Notes under the pieces: generated by a model
Seen by the model: the letters and a program-made list of their open reading frames with translations, nothing else
Told to the model about the DNA's origin: nothing
Databases searched by the model: none
Program-made: the position numbers and the translations under genes
Shown: piece after piece, positions 12,407 through 27,474 of the stretch
How the letters are laid out: the number at the start of each line of letters is the position of its first letter
Position numbering within the stretch: the first letter of the stretch is position 1
NCBI GenBank assembly: GCA_035258845.1
Contig: DATFWX010000130.1
Span: 17,497-81,496, forward strand
Reading direction: 5' to 3'
Origin: Polyangia bacterium
Lineage (GTDB): Bacteria; Myxococcota_A; Polyangia; JAHFDS01; DATFWX01
DNA length: 64,000 nucleotides

Positions 12407-12676
12407 CTACTTGCGGATGCCCAGCTCGCCGATGAGCTTGCGATACCGCTCGATATTTTTGACCCGCAGGTAGTCCAGAAGCCGGCGCCGCTGACCGACC
12501 AGCTTGAGCAGCCCGCGACGCGAGTGATGATCCTTGGCGTGCACCTTGAAGTGCTCGGTCAGGTAAGCGATGCGCTCGGTCAATAGGGCTATCTGGACCT
12601 CGGGCGACCCGGTGTCGCCCTGGTGGGTCGCAAACTTCTTGATAAGCTCCTGCTTGCGTGTCGATGCCAGACTCAT
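12407..12676 (-). CDS. rpsO: 30S ribosomal protein S15
   Basis: 89 aa, [19 protein letters not shown] signature. Confidence 0.95.
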   Translation of the reverse strand: MSLASTRKQELIKKFATHQGDTGSPEVQIALLTERIAYLTEHFKVHAKDHHSRRGLLKLVGQRRRLLDYLRVKNIERYRKLIGELGIRK

Positions 12677-12697
12677 TGTCTGCTTTTTTCCTCTCTT

Positions 12698-13609
12698 CTA
12701 ATTGGTCGGAAGAATTGCCGAAAGTGGCTCGTCTGTCAACCCGTAATTGAACCCGCGCAAGACCCGAACCTGGCCGCCTGCACGCACCTCGGCCAGCGCG
12801 GCCAGGTCGCCCCGCACGGTCAAAAGGCGCAGGCGCGTGCCCGGGGGCGCTTCCGGGCAGCCCAGCTCGGCCGCCGACAAGGCGCGGCCATGGCGAACTC
12901 GGTCCAGCAAGCCCGACGAGAGCCTGGCCTCCGGCCAATCCGGCAACGCGGCTGCCAGCGCGAGCGGCTGCGCACGTGCGACGTTGGCCAGGGCGACCGC
13001 CTGCGCGAGCGTGAAGGGCCCCGAGCGCGTGCGCCGCAGCGCCGAAAGATGCGCGCCCGTGCCCAGCGCACGGCCCAGATCTGCGGCCAGCACGCGCACG
13101 TAGGTGCCCTTGCTGCATGCGATGCGAACCCGCGCGATGGCATTCGAAAACGCGAGCAGCTCGAGCGCGAAAATCTCGATCGGGCGGGGCGCGCGCTCGA
13201 CCTCGAGCCCGGCCCGCGCCAGCTTGTACAGGCGCCGGCCCTTGCTGCGCAGCGCCGAGTACATGGGCGGGGTCTGCGCCTGCGGGCCCTGAAGGCCCGC
13301 CAGCGCGGCCCGCACAGTTGCCGCCTCGAGGTGGCTGGCGTCCTGGCGCGCGGTCACCCGCCCCTCTCCATCCAGCGTGTCGGTCTCCACGCCAAAAACG
13401 ATCTCGGCCTCGTACTCCTTGTCGCCGTGAAGGAGGAAGGCGGCCAGCTTGGTGGCCTCGCCCAGGCACACCGGCAGAACGCCGCTGGCGCGCGGATCGA
13501 GCGTGCCGCCGTGGCCGACCCGGCGCTCGCCGAGCGCGCGCGCAACCTTTTGCGCGGCGGCAAGCGAGCTCATGCCGAGCGGCTTATCGAGCACGACGAT
13601 GGCGTTCAC
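12698..13609 (-). CDS. truB: tRNA pseudouridine(55) synthase
   Basis: LDKPLGMSS...GHGGTLDP catalytic motif. GTG start overlaps the DHH gene stop as GTGA. Confidence 0.9.
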   Translation of the reverse strand: MNAIVVLDKPLGMSSLAAAQKVARALGERRVGHGGTLDPRASGVLPVCLGEATKLAAFLLHGDKEYEAEIVFGVETDTLDGEGRVTARQDASHLEAATVRAALAGLQGPQAQTPPMYSALRSKGRRLYKLARAGLEVERAPRPIEIFALELLAFSNAIARVRIACSKGTYVRVLAADLGRALGTGAHLSALRRTRSGPFTLAQAVALANVARAQPLALAAALPDWPEARLSSGLLDRVRHGRALSAAELGCPEAPPGTRLRLLTVRGDLAALAEVRAGGQVRVLRGFNYGLTDEPLSAILPTN

Positions 13610-14577
13610 GGTGGCGTCGCCCCAGAAAGTGCCCGCCCGACCGCCTGCTCGATGGCAGCCCGCGCGGCCGCAAGGTCGGGCGCGGGGATCTCGCAACCGG
13701 CCGCGTCGTGATGGCCGCCGCCACCGAAGCCAGCCGCGATTCCGGCCACGTCGACCGCGCCCCGGCCGCGCAGGCTGGCCCTCACGTTGGACCCCTTCTT
13801 GGACAGAAGAACGCCCACCTCGACCCCGCGGATCCCGCGCGCGTAGCTGACGAAGCCCTCGACCATTTCGGCGGTGGCGCCGGTTTCCTTGATCATCTCG
13901 TCCGAGACCTCGAGCGTGGCCAGCTTGCCGCCGAGCGAGATCTTGAGCGTCTCCAGCACCCGGCGCAAAAGGGCCAGCCGCTCGGGCGGCTGCGACTCGG
14001 TCATGACCTGGGTCGTGCGCCAGGGATCGGCGCCCCGCGTGCACAGCTCGGCTGCGATGCGGAATACCTCGGCCGAGGTGTTGGCGTAGCGGAACCAGCC
14101 GGTGTCGGCGACGATGGAGACATAGAGCGCCCCCGCGGCCGCGCGCGTGATGGGCGCGCCCAGCCTTTCGGCCAGCCGGAAGATGAGCACGCCGACCGCG
14201 GCCGCGTCCGGATCGCGCCAGCACACGTCGCCGAATTCGACCGCGACCCGATGGTGATCCAGAACCACCACGGTGCCGCTTATCTCCTTGGCCGGCAGGG
14301 TGCCCGCGAGCAGTCGCGGATCGCCGCAGTCGAACACCAGGGTGGCGTCGAAGCGGGCGCGGCTGTCGAGCTTGCGGGGCGCCTCCCGGACCCCTGAAAG
14401 GTCGCGCAGCGGCTCGGGGGCGCCGTCGGGGAGCAGCATCACCGGCTGCTTGCCGAGCGACCGCAGGACCTCGGCGCAGCCGACCATCGAGCCCAGCCCA
14501 TCGCCGTCGGGCCCACGATGCGTGAGCAGCAAGAAGCGCTGGCCCGCACGCACGATCTCGGCCACGCGCTCGATCAT
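13606..14577 (-). CDS. nrnA: DHH-family phosphoesterase (NrnA-like oligoribonuclease / pAp phosphatase)
   Basis: LLLTHRGPDGDGLGS and DHH motifs, 323 aa. ATGA overlap with the rbfA stop. Confidence 0.8.
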   Translation of the reverse strand: MIERVAEIVRAGQRFLLLTHRGPDGDGLGSMVGCAEVLRSLGKQPVMLLPDGAPEPLRDLSGVREAPRKLDSRARFDATLVFDCGDPRLLAGTLPAKEISGTVVVLDHHRVAVEFGDVCWRDPDAAAVGVLIFRLAERLGAPITRAAAGALYVSIVADTGWFRYANTSAEVFRIAAELCTRGADPWRTTQVMTESQPPERLALLRRVLETLKISLGGKLATLEVSDEMIKETGATAEMVEGFVSYARGIRGVEVGVLLSKKGSNVRASLRGRGAVDVAGIAAGFGGGGHHDAAGCEIPAPDLAAARAAIEQAVGRALSGATPP

Positions 14578-14933
14578 TCTTTCTTCTCCACCGCCACCTC
14601 AGCCAGCAGCCGTTCGATATTCTGCGCGCGGTCGAAGCCCTCATCGGCATAGAAGCGCAGCTCGGGCACCGCCCGCGCGCGCAGGCGCTCGGCCACCTGA
14701 CGGCGCAGAAAGCCGGCCGCCGAGCCCAGCCCGTTGACCGCCGACGCCACGTCGCCATCGTGCACCACCACGTACACCTTGGCGTGGCGCAGATCGCCCG
14801 ATACCAGGACGTGCGTGACCGTGATGAGGCCATTTTGCGCCACGCGCGGATCCTTGACCGCGCCGTAGGCGAGCGCCTCGGTCACCGCTTCGCGCACCAC
14901 CTGCGCCACCCGCTCGGTCCGCGCCCCCTGCAT
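14574..14933 (-). CDS. rbfA: Ribosome-binding factor A
   Basis: 119 aa, RVAQVVREAVTEAL...KVYVVV. ATGA overlap with the DUF503 stop. Confidence 0.9.
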   Translation of the reverse strand: MQGARTERVAQVVREAVTEALAYGAVKDPRVAQNGLITVTHVLVSGDLRHAKVYVVVHDGDVASAVNGLGSAAGFLRRQVAERLRARAVPELRFYADEGFDRAQNIERLLAEVAVEKKE

Positions 14934-15355
14934 CACTCGTCCTCTCCCTTTTCCCAGGGAAAGGGCTCCTCGTCCTCGAGCTTGGGCGGACGGGGCTTTT
15001 TGCTGTGCGCGGGCGGCGGGGCGTCCTGATCGGGCTCCCAGTGCTGGTAGTCCTCGGACGAAAGCTGCTCGTCGCCGTACACCACGAAATCGCGCTCGTC
15101 GTCGCTGATCTTGGCCAGCGTGTCGATGTAACGGATCACCTTCTCCACCATCGCTTCCACGAACGGACGCTGGTTGGCCACCACCACGAACCCGAGCACC
15201 GCGCTCTGCCAGTAGTCGGCGTCGCCGACCTCGGCGATGGCCAGGTTGAACTTCTGGCGTGCCTTGTCCTTGATGCGGCGCAGGACCACTCGCTTCTCCT
15301 TGAGCGACTGGCTCTCGGGCAGCATCAAGTGCAAACGGCACACTCCGACAACCAT
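14933..15355 (-). CDS. DUF503 (YlxP-like) protein
   Basis: MVVGVCRLHLMLPESQSLKEKR is a typical DUF503 N-terminus, conserved between infB and rbfA as in Firmicutes. Confidence 0.75.
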   Translation of the reverse strand: MVVGVCRLHLMLPESQSLKEKRVVLRRIKDKARQKFNLAIAEVGDADYWQSAVLGFVVVANQRPFVEAMVEKVIRYIDTLAKISDDERDFVVYGDEQLSSEDYQHWEPDQDAPPPAHSKKPRPPKLEDEEPFPWEKGEDE

Positions 15356-15366
15356 GGGGCAAGGCC

Positions 15367-18039
15367 TTACAACGTGGGCGCGATCTGCTCGATCTCGAAC
15401 GCCTCGATCACATCGCCCACCTTCACGTCATTGTAGTTCTCGATCGAGAGCCCGCACTCGTAGCCCTGGGTGACCTCGCGCGCGTCGTCTTTGAACCGCT
15501 TGAGCGAGCCCAGCCGGCCCTCGAAGATTTTGACGCTATCGCGGATCAGGCGCACCTGCGCGTTGCGCCGGATGAGGCCATCGGTGACGCCGCAGCCGGC
15601 CACGGTGCCCACCTTCGGGATGTTGAAGATCTTGCGCACCTCGGCCCGGCCCAGCACCTTCTCGCGCAAAACCGGCGCCAGCATGCCGGCCATCGCCTTC
15701 TTCACGTCGTCGAGCGCCTCGTAGATGATGTCGTACAGCTTGATGTCGACACCCTCCTGCTCGGCCAGCTGGGTGGCCTTGCCGGCCGGCCGCACGTGGA
15801 AGCCGATGATGATGGCGCCGCCCGCCTTGGCCAGGTTGACGTCGGTCTCGGTGATGCCGCCGACGCCGGCCTGCAGCACGTTGACCTTGATTTCGCTCGT
15901 GGCCAGGCGGGTGAGCGCATCGCGCAGCGCCTCGGCCGAGCCCTGGACGTCGGCCTTGAGCACGATCTTGAGCTCCTTGGCCTCGCCCTCCTGGATCTTC
16001 TCCAAAATGTTCTCGAGCGAGACCTTGGTGGCGGCGCCCATCTCCTTGCTGCGCCGCTGCTGGCGGCGGTGCTCGACCAGCACCTTGGCCGCCTTCTCGT
16101 CCTCGACCGCGTTGATGTTCTCGCCGGCCTCGGGCACGCCGTCGATGCCGAGGATCTCGACCGGCATGGACGGCCGAGCCTCGCTGACCTGGCGGCCTTT
16201 GTCGTCGAGCATCGCGCGCACCTTGCCGGCATGCTCGCCGGTCACCACCAGATCGCCCAGCTTGAGCGTACCCTCCTGCACCAGAACCGTCGCCATGGGG
16301 CCCCGGTTACGATCCAGCTTGGCCTCGATCACGATGCCCTTGGCGGGTTTATTCGGATTGGCCTTGAGCTCGAGCACCTCGGCCTGCAGCGCCAGCATCT
16401 CGAGCAGGTGGTCGATGCCCTGTTTCTTGAGCGCCGACACCTCGCAGTAGATGGTCTCGCCGCCCCACACCTCCGGGTTCAGCCCTTTGTCGGCCAGCTG
16501 GCGCTTGACCAGATCGGGATTGGCGCCCGGCTTGTCGATCTTGTTGACCGCGACCATGATGGGCACGCCGGCGTCCTTGGCGTGCGTGATGGCCTCGACC
16601 GTCTGCGGCATCACGCCGTCGTCGGCCGCCACCACCAGCACCACCACGTCGGTGGCGTGCGCGCCGCGCGCCCGCATGGCCGTGAAGGCCTCATGGCCGG
16701 GCGTGTCCAAGAACGTGATGTCGCCATGCGGCGTCGATACCCGGTAGGCACCGATGTGCTGCGTGATGCCGCCCGCCTCGCCGGCCGCCACGTTGGTCGA
16801 GCGGATGGCGTCGAGCAGCGAGGTCTTGCCGTGGTCGACGTGGCCCATGACCGTGACCACGGGCGCGCGCGGCGCCAGGTCCTCGGGCTTGTCCTCGGTC
16901 TCGGCCAGCACCGCCTCCTCGCGGAACGCGCGCGACTCGACCTCGAAGCCGAAGTCGGTCGCCAGAAGAGTGGCGGTGTCGTGATCGATCGACTGGTTGA
17001 TGTTGACCCCGACCATGCCCATCGACCACAGCCTCTTGAGCACCTCGGGCGCCTTGACGCCCATCTGGTGGGCCAGCTCGCTGACCGCGATGGTCTCGTC
17101 CATCTTGATGATGCGCTTGTGCTGGGCCGGCGTGGTGATCTGGGTCTGCTTGGCCTTCTTGCCGGCCGGCATCTTCTTTTTCTGGGCCATGCCGCCGCGC
17201 TGCTGCTGCTTGGCGAAGCGGTCACGCGCGTCCTGTTGCCGGCGCATGACCAGATCCTGGCGGCCCCGCGCATCGCGGTCCTCGATCTGGATGCGCGGCG
17301 GCAGCGTGATACGCCGCGCCGGCTCCACCGCGCTGGGCGCGGCTTTGGCCTCGACCTTGATCTCGGTTGCACCCGGAACCGGCGGCCGGCCCGGAAGCTG
17401 GATGAACCGGCGCTCGGGCTTGGGCGTGGCGGCCGCGGGCGCCTCTTCCGAGCTCGCTCCCGCCGGGGCCGGGGCGGCGCCGTCGGGGGCAGGTGCGAAT
17501 GCGGGTATCGGCTCGACCTCGGCCGCCGAGGCGTCCAGCGCGGGCGGTGCCTCGGTGGACGCAGCCGGAACGACTGTCTCCAGAACCGGCTTCGGCTCGA
17601 GCGCGGCGGGCGCGATCTCGACCTCCGGGAGCGGGGCGAGCGGCGGCGTCGCCTGGCGTGGGGGCGTGACCTCTTGTGAAGCTACCTCGCGCACCTTGGG
17701 CTCGGGCCGCGCGGCCGGGGCGGCGGCGGGGGCCGGCGGAGCCGCCGGGGCGGTACGCGAGCGACGCCGGATTACGGTCGAAGCGACCCGCTCCTCGATC
17801 AGGCTGTCCTGGCGCTCCTTGTCGAAGGCGCGCTTGATGCGCACGACGTCGTCCGCGGACAGAAGCGACATGTGGTTCTTGGCGTCGATGCCGAGGGCGC
17901 GCGCCTTGGCCAAGAATCCCTTGTTTTCGACCGCGAGCTCGCGCGCCACCTCGTAGGCGCGCTGGGGCCGGCCGGGCGCTGCCGCCGCCGCTTGCGTCTT
18001 CTCGATCTGCCCTAACACGCGCTCGCCGCTATTCATCAT
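15367..18039 (-). CDS. infB: Translation initiation factor IF-2
   Basis: N-terminal domain ([10 protein letters not shown]...), Pro/Ala-rich linker, GTPase G-domain ([21 protein letters not shown]) and the C-terminal domain. Tandem ATG ATG at 18039/18036. Confidence 0.95.
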   Translation of the reverse strand: MMNSGERVLGQIEKTQAAAAAPGRPQRAYEVARELAVENKGFLAKARALGIDAKNHMSLLSADDVVRIKRAFDKERQDSLIEERVASTVIRRRSRTAPAAPPAPAAAPAARPEPKVREVASQEVTPPRQATPPLAPLPEVEIAPAALEPKPVLETVVPAASTEAPPALDASAAEVEPIPAFAPAPDGAAPAPAGASSEEAPAAATPKPERRFIQLPGRPPVPGATEIKVEAKAAPSAVEPARRITLPPRIQIEDRDARGRQDLVMRRQQDARDRFAKQQQRGGMAQKKKMPAGKKAKQTQITTPAQHKRIIKMDETIAVSELAHQMGVKAPEVLKRLWSMGMVGVNINQSIDHDTATLLATDFGFEVESRAFREEAVLAETEDKPEDLAPRAPVVTVMGHVDHGKTSLLDAIRSTNVAAGEAGGITQHIGAYRVSTPHGDITFLDTPGHEAFTAMRARGAHATDVVVLVVAADDGVMPQTVEAITHAKDAGVPIMVAVNKIDKPGANPDLVKRQLADKGLNPEVWGGETIYCEVSALKKQGIDHLLEMLALQAEVLELKANPNKPAKGIVIEAKLDRNRGPMATVLVQEGTLKLGDLVVTGEHAGKVRAMLDDKGRQVSEARPSMPVEILGIDGVPEAGENINAVEDEKAAKVLVEHRRQQRRSKEMGAATKVSLENILEKIQEGEAKELKIVLKADVQGSAEALRDALTRLATSEIKVNVLQAGVGGITETDVNLAKAGGAIIIGFHVRPAGKATQLAEQEGVDIKLYDIIYEALDDVKKAMAGMLAPVLREKVLGRAEVRKIFNIPKVGTVAGCGVTDGLIRRNAQVRLIRDSVKIFEGRLGSLKRFKDDAREVTQGYECGLSIENYNDVKVGDVIEAFEIEQIAPTL

Positions 18040-18308
18040 ACGTTCCTGCTTTCGGAAGAAGTCGACAGTCGAAAGTCGACAGTCGAAAGCGCCGCCTTGG
18101 AAAGCTTGCCCCGGAAGGATCGGGCAAGCCCACCGTGAAGGGCTGCCTCGAGGCATGAAAGGCGCGGATGCACATAGGCGCCCCGGCCGGGCTCTCTACC
18201 CTCGGGATCGGGCACCAGCGCGCCACCGCGCAGCACGAGCCGGGTCAGATCGGCCTTGGTGGCCGTCTTCCGGCATCCGACGCAGGTGCGCACGGGGATC
18301 CGCTTCAT
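18036..18308 (-). CDS. ylxR: YlxR / DUF448 family protein
   Basis: RTCVGCR motif, 90 aa, between nusA and infB. Confidence 0.8.
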   Translation of the reverse strand: MKRIPVRTCVGCRKTATKADLTRLVLRGGALVPDPEGREPGRGAYVHPRLSCLEAALHGGLARSFRGKLSKAALSTVDFRLSTSSESRNV

Positions 18309-19982
<1,674 letters not shown>

Positions 19983-19986
19983 GCTT

Positions 19987-20460
19987 CTATCCCCTTCCTA
20001 AGGCAGGCTCAACCTCGAGGTGGGCCTTGGCCACCGCCGAAAGCGGCAGCTCGTAGAGTCGGTTTTCACATTCGATCGAAATCAGGCCCCCCCGAAAGCC
20101 ACGCAAGGTGCCGGAGAAGTTGCGGCGCCCCTCGAGCGGCTCGCGCAAACGCAGGTGCGCCCGCCGGCCTGCAAAGCGCTCGAAATCACGCTCCTGGGTG
20201 AGCGGGCGCTCGAGGCCCGGCGAGCTGACCTCGAGCGTGTAGTGCTGGTCAATCGGATCGGCCACGTCGAGCGCAGCCGAAAGGTCGCGCGAGGCGCGCG
20301 CGCAGTCGTCGAGCGTGACCGCGCCCGTATGCGGGTTGTCAATCAGCACCCGCAGCACCCAGCCGGGGGCTCCGCGCACGAGCTCCACCTGCACGAGCTC
20401 GTAGCCCGCCGCCGCGAGAGTGCGCTCGCAGATGTTATTTAATACCGCCTGCTCAGCCAT
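19987..20460 (-). CDS. rimP: Ribosome maturation factor RimP
   Basis: 157 aa, typical RimP. GGAG sits 3 nt before the ATG. Confidence 0.9.
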   Translation of the reverse strand: MAEQAVLNNICERTLAAAGYELVQVELVRGAPGWVLRVLIDNPHTGAVTLDDCARASRDLSAALDVADPIDQHYTLEVSSPGLERPLTQERDFERFAGRRAHLRLREPLEGRRNFSGTLRGFRGGLISIECENRLYELPLSAVAKAHLEVEPALGRG

Positions 20461-20487
20461 CTGCTCCGAACCCCAAAAACTAAAAAA

Positions 20488-20510
20488 GTGGGCGGAAAGC
20501 CCACTTTTAG
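20488..20510 (-). terminator. Intrinsic terminator/attenuator hairpin in the rimP-nusA-infB leader
   Basis: On the minus strand, GTGGGC-TTTCC-GCCCAC followed by TTTTTTAGTTTTT, ending 27 nt before the rimP ATG. It is embedded in an AT-rich island (20471..20590) that is unusual for this genome. Confidence 0.6.
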
Positions 20511-20766
20511 TAGGTTTGCTGCTACTAAAAATGACCGGGTTTACTTAGCTGAAATGGACCAATCTGGCAAGTAAAAATTGGCGCCTCGGCGGGTGGGCGT
20601 GCGCTGGAATCGGCGCATGTGGGTGCATCGGCGCAAGATTTGGCAGGTGCCCACCCGCGCGCTGACCCGAGGGCCCATCTACTGGAATCGGCGGGAGTTT
20701 CTCCAAGGGGCGGTCCCGGGCTTGCGAGGCCCGCAACCCGATGCTAGCGTGCCGCGAAGGAAGAAA

Positions 20767-21585
<819 letters not shown>

Positions 21586-21591
<6 letters not shown>

Positions 21592-22566
21592 GATGCCGCA
21601 GGTGTGGCTGACCGCCCCGCACAGGAGGCCCTCGTAGCATACGTTGCCCGGGCAGCAGATCTGGTTCATCAGTCCGCACGGATCGCAGCGCGTGCCGTTG
21701 TTGCAGTAGAGGTGCCCGGGGCCCGGGCAGGCGCCGCCGGCGCAGCAGGGCTGGCCCGACATCCCGCAGGGCGTACACGTGATGGTCCCGCTCGCGCAGA
21801 TCAGATTGGGCCCGCAGCCTTGGTTCGAGCAGCAGGCCTGGTTGGCGCCGCCGCAGGCCACGCACATCACGCTGCCAGTGCAGATCGCGTTGGGCGCGCA
21901 GGCGCCGCCGGTGCAGCACTGCTGGCCCACCAATCCGCAGCCGCCACAGCTGCCAATCATGCAAGTCAGCCCTGCGTTGCAGCTGGTCCCGTTGCAGCAG
22001 GGCTCAGCGGCCGCGCCGCACTCGCACCGGGGCGGCCCGCCGTCGGCGCCGCCCACGCAAACGCCGTTCAAGCAGTTTCCAACGAACATGTCATGGGCGC
22101 ATGCACCCATGGTGCAGCGGTCGCGCGTGCACTCGTTTCCATCGTTGCAGCCCGCGCACGCCCCGCCGCCCAGGCCGCAGAAGTCGAGCTCGCTGCCGTC
22201 GTGACACTGCGACTGCGTGCTGTCCCAGCAGCCGCGGCAGCAGGCGTCCCCGTAGCACGTCCCACCGGTGCAGCTGGCGGCCGTGCAGCCGGGGCCGTCG
22301 GCCGGCCGGTCGACGCCGCCATCCACGATTGGCGCATCGGACCTGCCATCGGGCGCGCCGTCGGCTGCCGCGTCCGGGGCCGGCGAGCAGGTCTGCCCGG
22401 GTCGCAAACAGAACCCCGTCGCCTGGTTGCACGAAAGCTCCTCGGGGCACGCGCCGCCCGAGCCGCACCGGATCGTGCACGGTGCGAGCGCGGGATCGTA
22501 GCATCCGAGCCCCATCGCGAGGCAAAGCCAGAGCGCCGCCAGGCCCAGCCGCGTCAGAACCGGCAC
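21586..22566 (-). CDS. Secreted cysteine-rich repeat protein with 5 tandem myxobacterial-type Cys-rich modules
   Basis: Signal peptide (PVLTRLGLAALWLCLAMGLGC). Five repeats of approximately QxCCxGxxCx5CxGx3CxxCG and 64 Cys overall. GTG start at 22566 immediately after the upstream TPR gene stop. Confidence 0.6.
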
Positions 22567-23351
22567 GCCCACCCCACGCTGAGCCCGGCCGGCTGCGGCG
22601 TCACGGTGACGTGCGGCTCGGCGTCGCGCCAGCCCAGATAGTACAAGATGCCGCCGCCGGCGAGGGCGGCCCCGCCGAGCACATACAGCACGGTCGCAGT
22701 CGTGGCCGCGCTGCGTCCGTCCGCGTCGATCGGTGCGACCGGCGCCTGCCAGGCGCACGGCATCGCGCTCGTGCACATGCGGTTGACATCATCGGCCGAC
22801 GACGACGCGCTGACGCCGAACGCAATCGCCGTGACCAGAAGCGCCACCCCGGCGCCGCCCGTGACCAGACCCGCGATGCGCTTGCTCTTGCCGGTGTCCT
22901 CGGAAATCTCGGCGGGCGCGTTGGGCCCTCCCAGCGCGCGCAACGGCTGCGTGCTGGGTGCGAGCTGGGGCGGTGGGCGCGGCGAGTCCACGCATTTCTG
23001 CATGTCCGCAATCAGGTCCTCGACATGCGCGCGGTCGGGTGGGTCGGGCTCCTCGCGCAGATAGTTTTTGTAAAACTGCAGCGCCTGCGCGCAGTCTCCT
23101 TTGAGCCGATACGCTTGCCCGAGGTTGAACAGGAAGCCGGGCGCCTGCACCAGCTGATAGGCCTGCTTGAACAGGTCGATCGCCTGATCGTACTCGGCCA
23201 GGTTGTAATGAGTCTGCGCTTGCCGAAACAAGCGCTGGGCCTCGTGCTGGCGGCGCTCGAGATCCGGATCGTGTGGTGCGCTCTGCGCCCACGCGGCTCG
23301 TGCCGCCGTCAAGACCACCCACACGGCGCCGAGCCTTCCTAAGCCAAGCAT
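22554..23351 (-). CDS. Secreted TPR-repeat protein with C-terminal hydrophobic segments
   Basis: Signal peptide MLGLGRLGAVWVVLTAARAAWA; TPR motifs (YNLAEYDQAIDLFKQAY, FLFNLGQAYRLKGDCAQALQFYKNYL). AAAGAG RBS. Confidence 0.7.
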   Translation of the reverse strand: MLGLGRLGAVWVVLTAARAAWAQSAPHDPDLERRQHEAQRLFRQAQTHYNLAEYDQAIDLFKQAYQLVQAPGFLFNLGQAYRLKGDCAQALQFYKNYLREEPDPPDRAHVEDLIADMQKCVDSPRPPPQLAPSTQPLRALGGPNAPAEISEDTGKSKRIAGLVTGGAGVALLVTAIAFGVSASSSADDVNRMCTSAMPCAWQAPVAPIDADGRSAATTATVLYVLGGAALAGGGILYYLGWRDAEPHVTVTPQPAGLSVGWACRF

Positions 23352-23365
23352 CACGCTCTTTCAAC

Positions 23366-25090
<1,725 letters not shown>

Positions 25091-25150
25091 TTTAGCTCGA
25101 ATGGCCGCGCCGCGGTAGCCAGCCGCCTCGGGAGACTCTACACTGCGCTC

Positions 25151-25444
25151 ATGACTCGCTCGCTCGCATTGCTGTTCAGCTTTCTTCTCGGCGGCGCGCT
25201 CGCGACCCTTTGTGTGCGCGCGCCCGCCCACGCGGCCGCACAACTGCCCGCAAGCGCGCCTGGCTCGCACCGGTGGGAGCAGTTCTGCAGCTACCGCACG
25301 CAGAGCGGCGCCGGCAGCCCGCAGGCCATGCTCAAGCAGACCAACGATGACCTGATGAACTATGGCAAGCAGGGCTGGGAGCTGGTCACCGGCGCCGGCA
25401 GCGGATCGGTGTTCGTGTACTGCTTCCGGCGCTCGGTGGAATGA
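25151..25444 (+). CDS. Small secreted protein, DUF4177-like (GWELV motif)
   Basis: 97 aa with signal peptide MTRSLALLFSFLLGGALATL. The C-terminal WEQF..GKQGWELVTG..YCFRR recalls DUF4177. Confidence 0.4.
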   Translation: MTRSLALLFSFLLGGALATLCVRAPAHAAAQLPASAPGSHRWEQFCSYRTQSGAGSPQAMLKQTNDDLMNYGKQGWELVTGAGSGSVFVYCFRRSVE

Positions 25445-25445
25445 G

Positions 25446-26513
25446 TTACGCCGGTTCCTGCTGCGTCATGCAGTGGAGCGTGCCCAGTCCCCACAGAAGA
25501 TCCACCGCGTGGATGCCGATCACCTCGCGATCCGGGAACAGCTCGCTGAACAGGCCCAGCGCGTCGCGGTCGTGCGGATCGTTGAAGGTCGGCACCAGGA
25601 GGAGGTCGTTGGCCAGATAGAAGTTGGCGTAGCTGGCCGGCAAGCGGCGCCGGTCGAAATCGATCGGGCGCGGCAGCGGCAGCGGGATCACCTCGAGGCG
25701 CCGGCCGGCGGCATCGGTGGCGCCGCCCAGTCGCTCGCGGTTTTCCTCGAGCAGCGCATAGTTGGCGTCGCGCGGATCGCGGGCGCGGCACAGCACCACG
25801 CGCCCGGGCTCGACGAAGCGCGCGACATCGTCGACGTGGCCATGCGTATCATCGCCGAAAAGGCCCCGGCTCAGCCAGATCAGCTTGCGCGCGCCCAGGG
25901 TCTCGTAGAGCACCTGCTCGGTGCCGGCCCGGCCCAGGCCCGGGTTGCGCGCCTGCACAGGATCGAGCAGGCACTCCTCGGTCGCCAGAAGAGTGCCCGC
26001 GCCGTCGCCGTCGATGGCGCCACCCTCGAGCACCACGCGCTCCGCGCCCGCCCGGGCCTGAAACTGGGGCACCCCGGCCAGCTCGGCCACGCGAGCGGCC
26101 ACCTTCTGATCGCGCTTCCAGTCGGAATACTTGGCCCAGGCATTGAACCGCCAGCACACGGCTGCACGCGTGCCGTCGGGCCGGCGCACGAAGGTGGGAC
26201 CGGAGTCGCGCATCCAGGCGCGGTCGGTCGGCACCCGAAAAAACCCGACGCGGGCAAGCTCGATACCCGCACGCACGAGCACGCGCCGCGCGCGCCGCTC
26301 CCCACGCGCGTCCGGGACCAGGATCTGCACCCGCTCGTGCTGGTGCAGGTGGCGCACCACCTCGGCAAACACCCACGGGATGGCCGCGAACTTGCCCGGC
26401 CAGTCGGCCTGATTGTGCGGCCAGGCCAGCCAGGTTGCGCGATGAGGCGCCCACTCGGCCGGCATGGCGTAGCCGAGCGCAGCCGGTGCCGCGTCGAGCC
26501 GCCGCGGCCTCAT
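25446..26513 (-). CDS. aguA: Agmatine deiminase
   Basis: MPAEWAPH...WLAWPH N-terminus of the Porphyromonas-type PAD family. ATGA overlap with the aguB stop. Confidence 0.85.
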   Translation of the reverse strand: MRPRRLDAAPAALGYAMPAEWAPHRATWLAWPHNQADWPGKFAAIPWVFAEVVRHLHQHERVQILVPDARGERRARRVLVRAGIELARVGFFRVPTDRAWMRDSGPTFVRRPDGTRAAVCWRFNAWAKYSDWKRDQKVAARVAELAGVPQFQARAGAERVVLEGGAIDGDGAGTLLATEECLLDPVQARNPGLGRAGTEQVLYETLGARKLIWLSRGLFGDDTHGHVDDVARFVEPGRVVLCRARDPRDANYALLEENRERLGGATDAAGRRLEVIPLPLPRPIDFDRRRLPASYANFYLANDLLLVPTFNDPHDRDALGLFSELFPDREVIGIHAVDLLWGLGTLHCMTQQEPA

Positions 26514-27430
26514 CGGCGATCGATCAGGCGCTGTGTGATGGCGCCGTAGGCGTCGATGCGGCGGTCGCGCAGAAAGGGCCAGTTGCGCCGCACCTCTTCC
26601 TGGCGGGCCGGGTCGCAGGGTACGACCAGCACCTGGGGCTTATCGCGGGCGGCTTCGGCCAGCACGACCCCGAACGGATCGCACACGAAGGAGCCGCCCC
26701 AGAACTCGAGCCCGCCGCCGGGCGGCCCCTCGTGTCCCACTCGATTGACTGCGGCCACGTAGACGCCATTGGCAATGGCATGGCTGCGTTGGATGGTCTG
26801 CCAGGCGTCGGCCTGCGCGGCTCCGAATTCGGCCTTTTCGCGCGGGTGCCAGCCGATCGCGGTCGGGTACACCAAAAGCTGTGCGCCCTGGAGCGCGGTC
26901 AGGCGCGCGCCTTCCGGGAACCACTGATCCCAGCACACCAGCGCCCCCACGCGCGCAAAGCGGGTCTCGAAGCACTGAAAGCCGAGGTCGCCCGGGGTGA
27001 AGTAAAACTTTTCATAGTAGAGCGGATCATCCGGAATGTGCATCTTTCTATACAGGCCCCGGACGGATCCGTCCGCATCGATCACGACCGCGGTGTTGTG
27101 ATAGACGCCCGAGGCGCGCCGCTCGAACAGCGAGCCCACCACGGCCACGCCCAACGTATGCGCGAGCCTCGAGAGGGCTTCGCTGGTGGGGCCCGGCACC
27201 GGCTCGGCCAGGTCGAACTGGGCGGCATCCTCGCTCTGGCAGAAATAGAGCGAGCGAAACAGCTCGGGCAGACAGATAAGCTGAGCGCCCCGGCCGGCCG
27301 CCTCGCGAATGCCCTGACAGGCGGCGGCAAGATTGGCGTCGCGATCGGCCGTGCAGCGCATCTGCACGAGCCCGAGCTGGAACGGTTGTGCGGGCGAGGC
27401 AGGCGAGGCGGCGGCCATGCCGTGATTCAT
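26510..27430 (-). CDS. aguB: N-carbamoylputrescine amidase (CN-hydrolase)
   Basis: LGLVQMRCT..., ICLPELF, and a catalytic Cys in GALVCWDQWFPE. Start uncertain among 27418, 27430 and 27493. Confidence 0.8.
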   Translation of the reverse strand: MNHGMAAASPASPAQPFQLGLVQMRCTADRDANLAAACQGIREAAGRGAQLICLPELFRSLYFCQSEDAAQFDLAEPVPGPTSEALSRLAHTLGVAVVGSLFERRASGVYHNTAVVIDADGSVRGLYRKMHIPDDPLYYEKFYFTPGDLGFQCFETRFARVGALVCWDQWFPEGARLTALQGAQLLVYPTAIGWHPREKAEFGAAQADAWQTIQRSHAIANGVYVAAVNRVGHEGPPGGGLEFWGGSFVCDPFGVVLAEAARDKPQVLVVPCDPARQEEVRRNWPFLRDRRIDAYGAITQRLIDRR

Positions 27431-27474
27431 GCACGTGCCGGGCGCGCCAGACAAGGGGGAAGTATAATCAGGCG

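Noticed and set aside
20511-20600. Attempt to assign exact -35/-10 boxes for the rimP promoter (TTGCCA ... TAAGTA)
   Set aside because: The hexamers match the consensus poorly and myxobacterial promoter rules are not secure, so only the AT-rich island and the terminator are reported.
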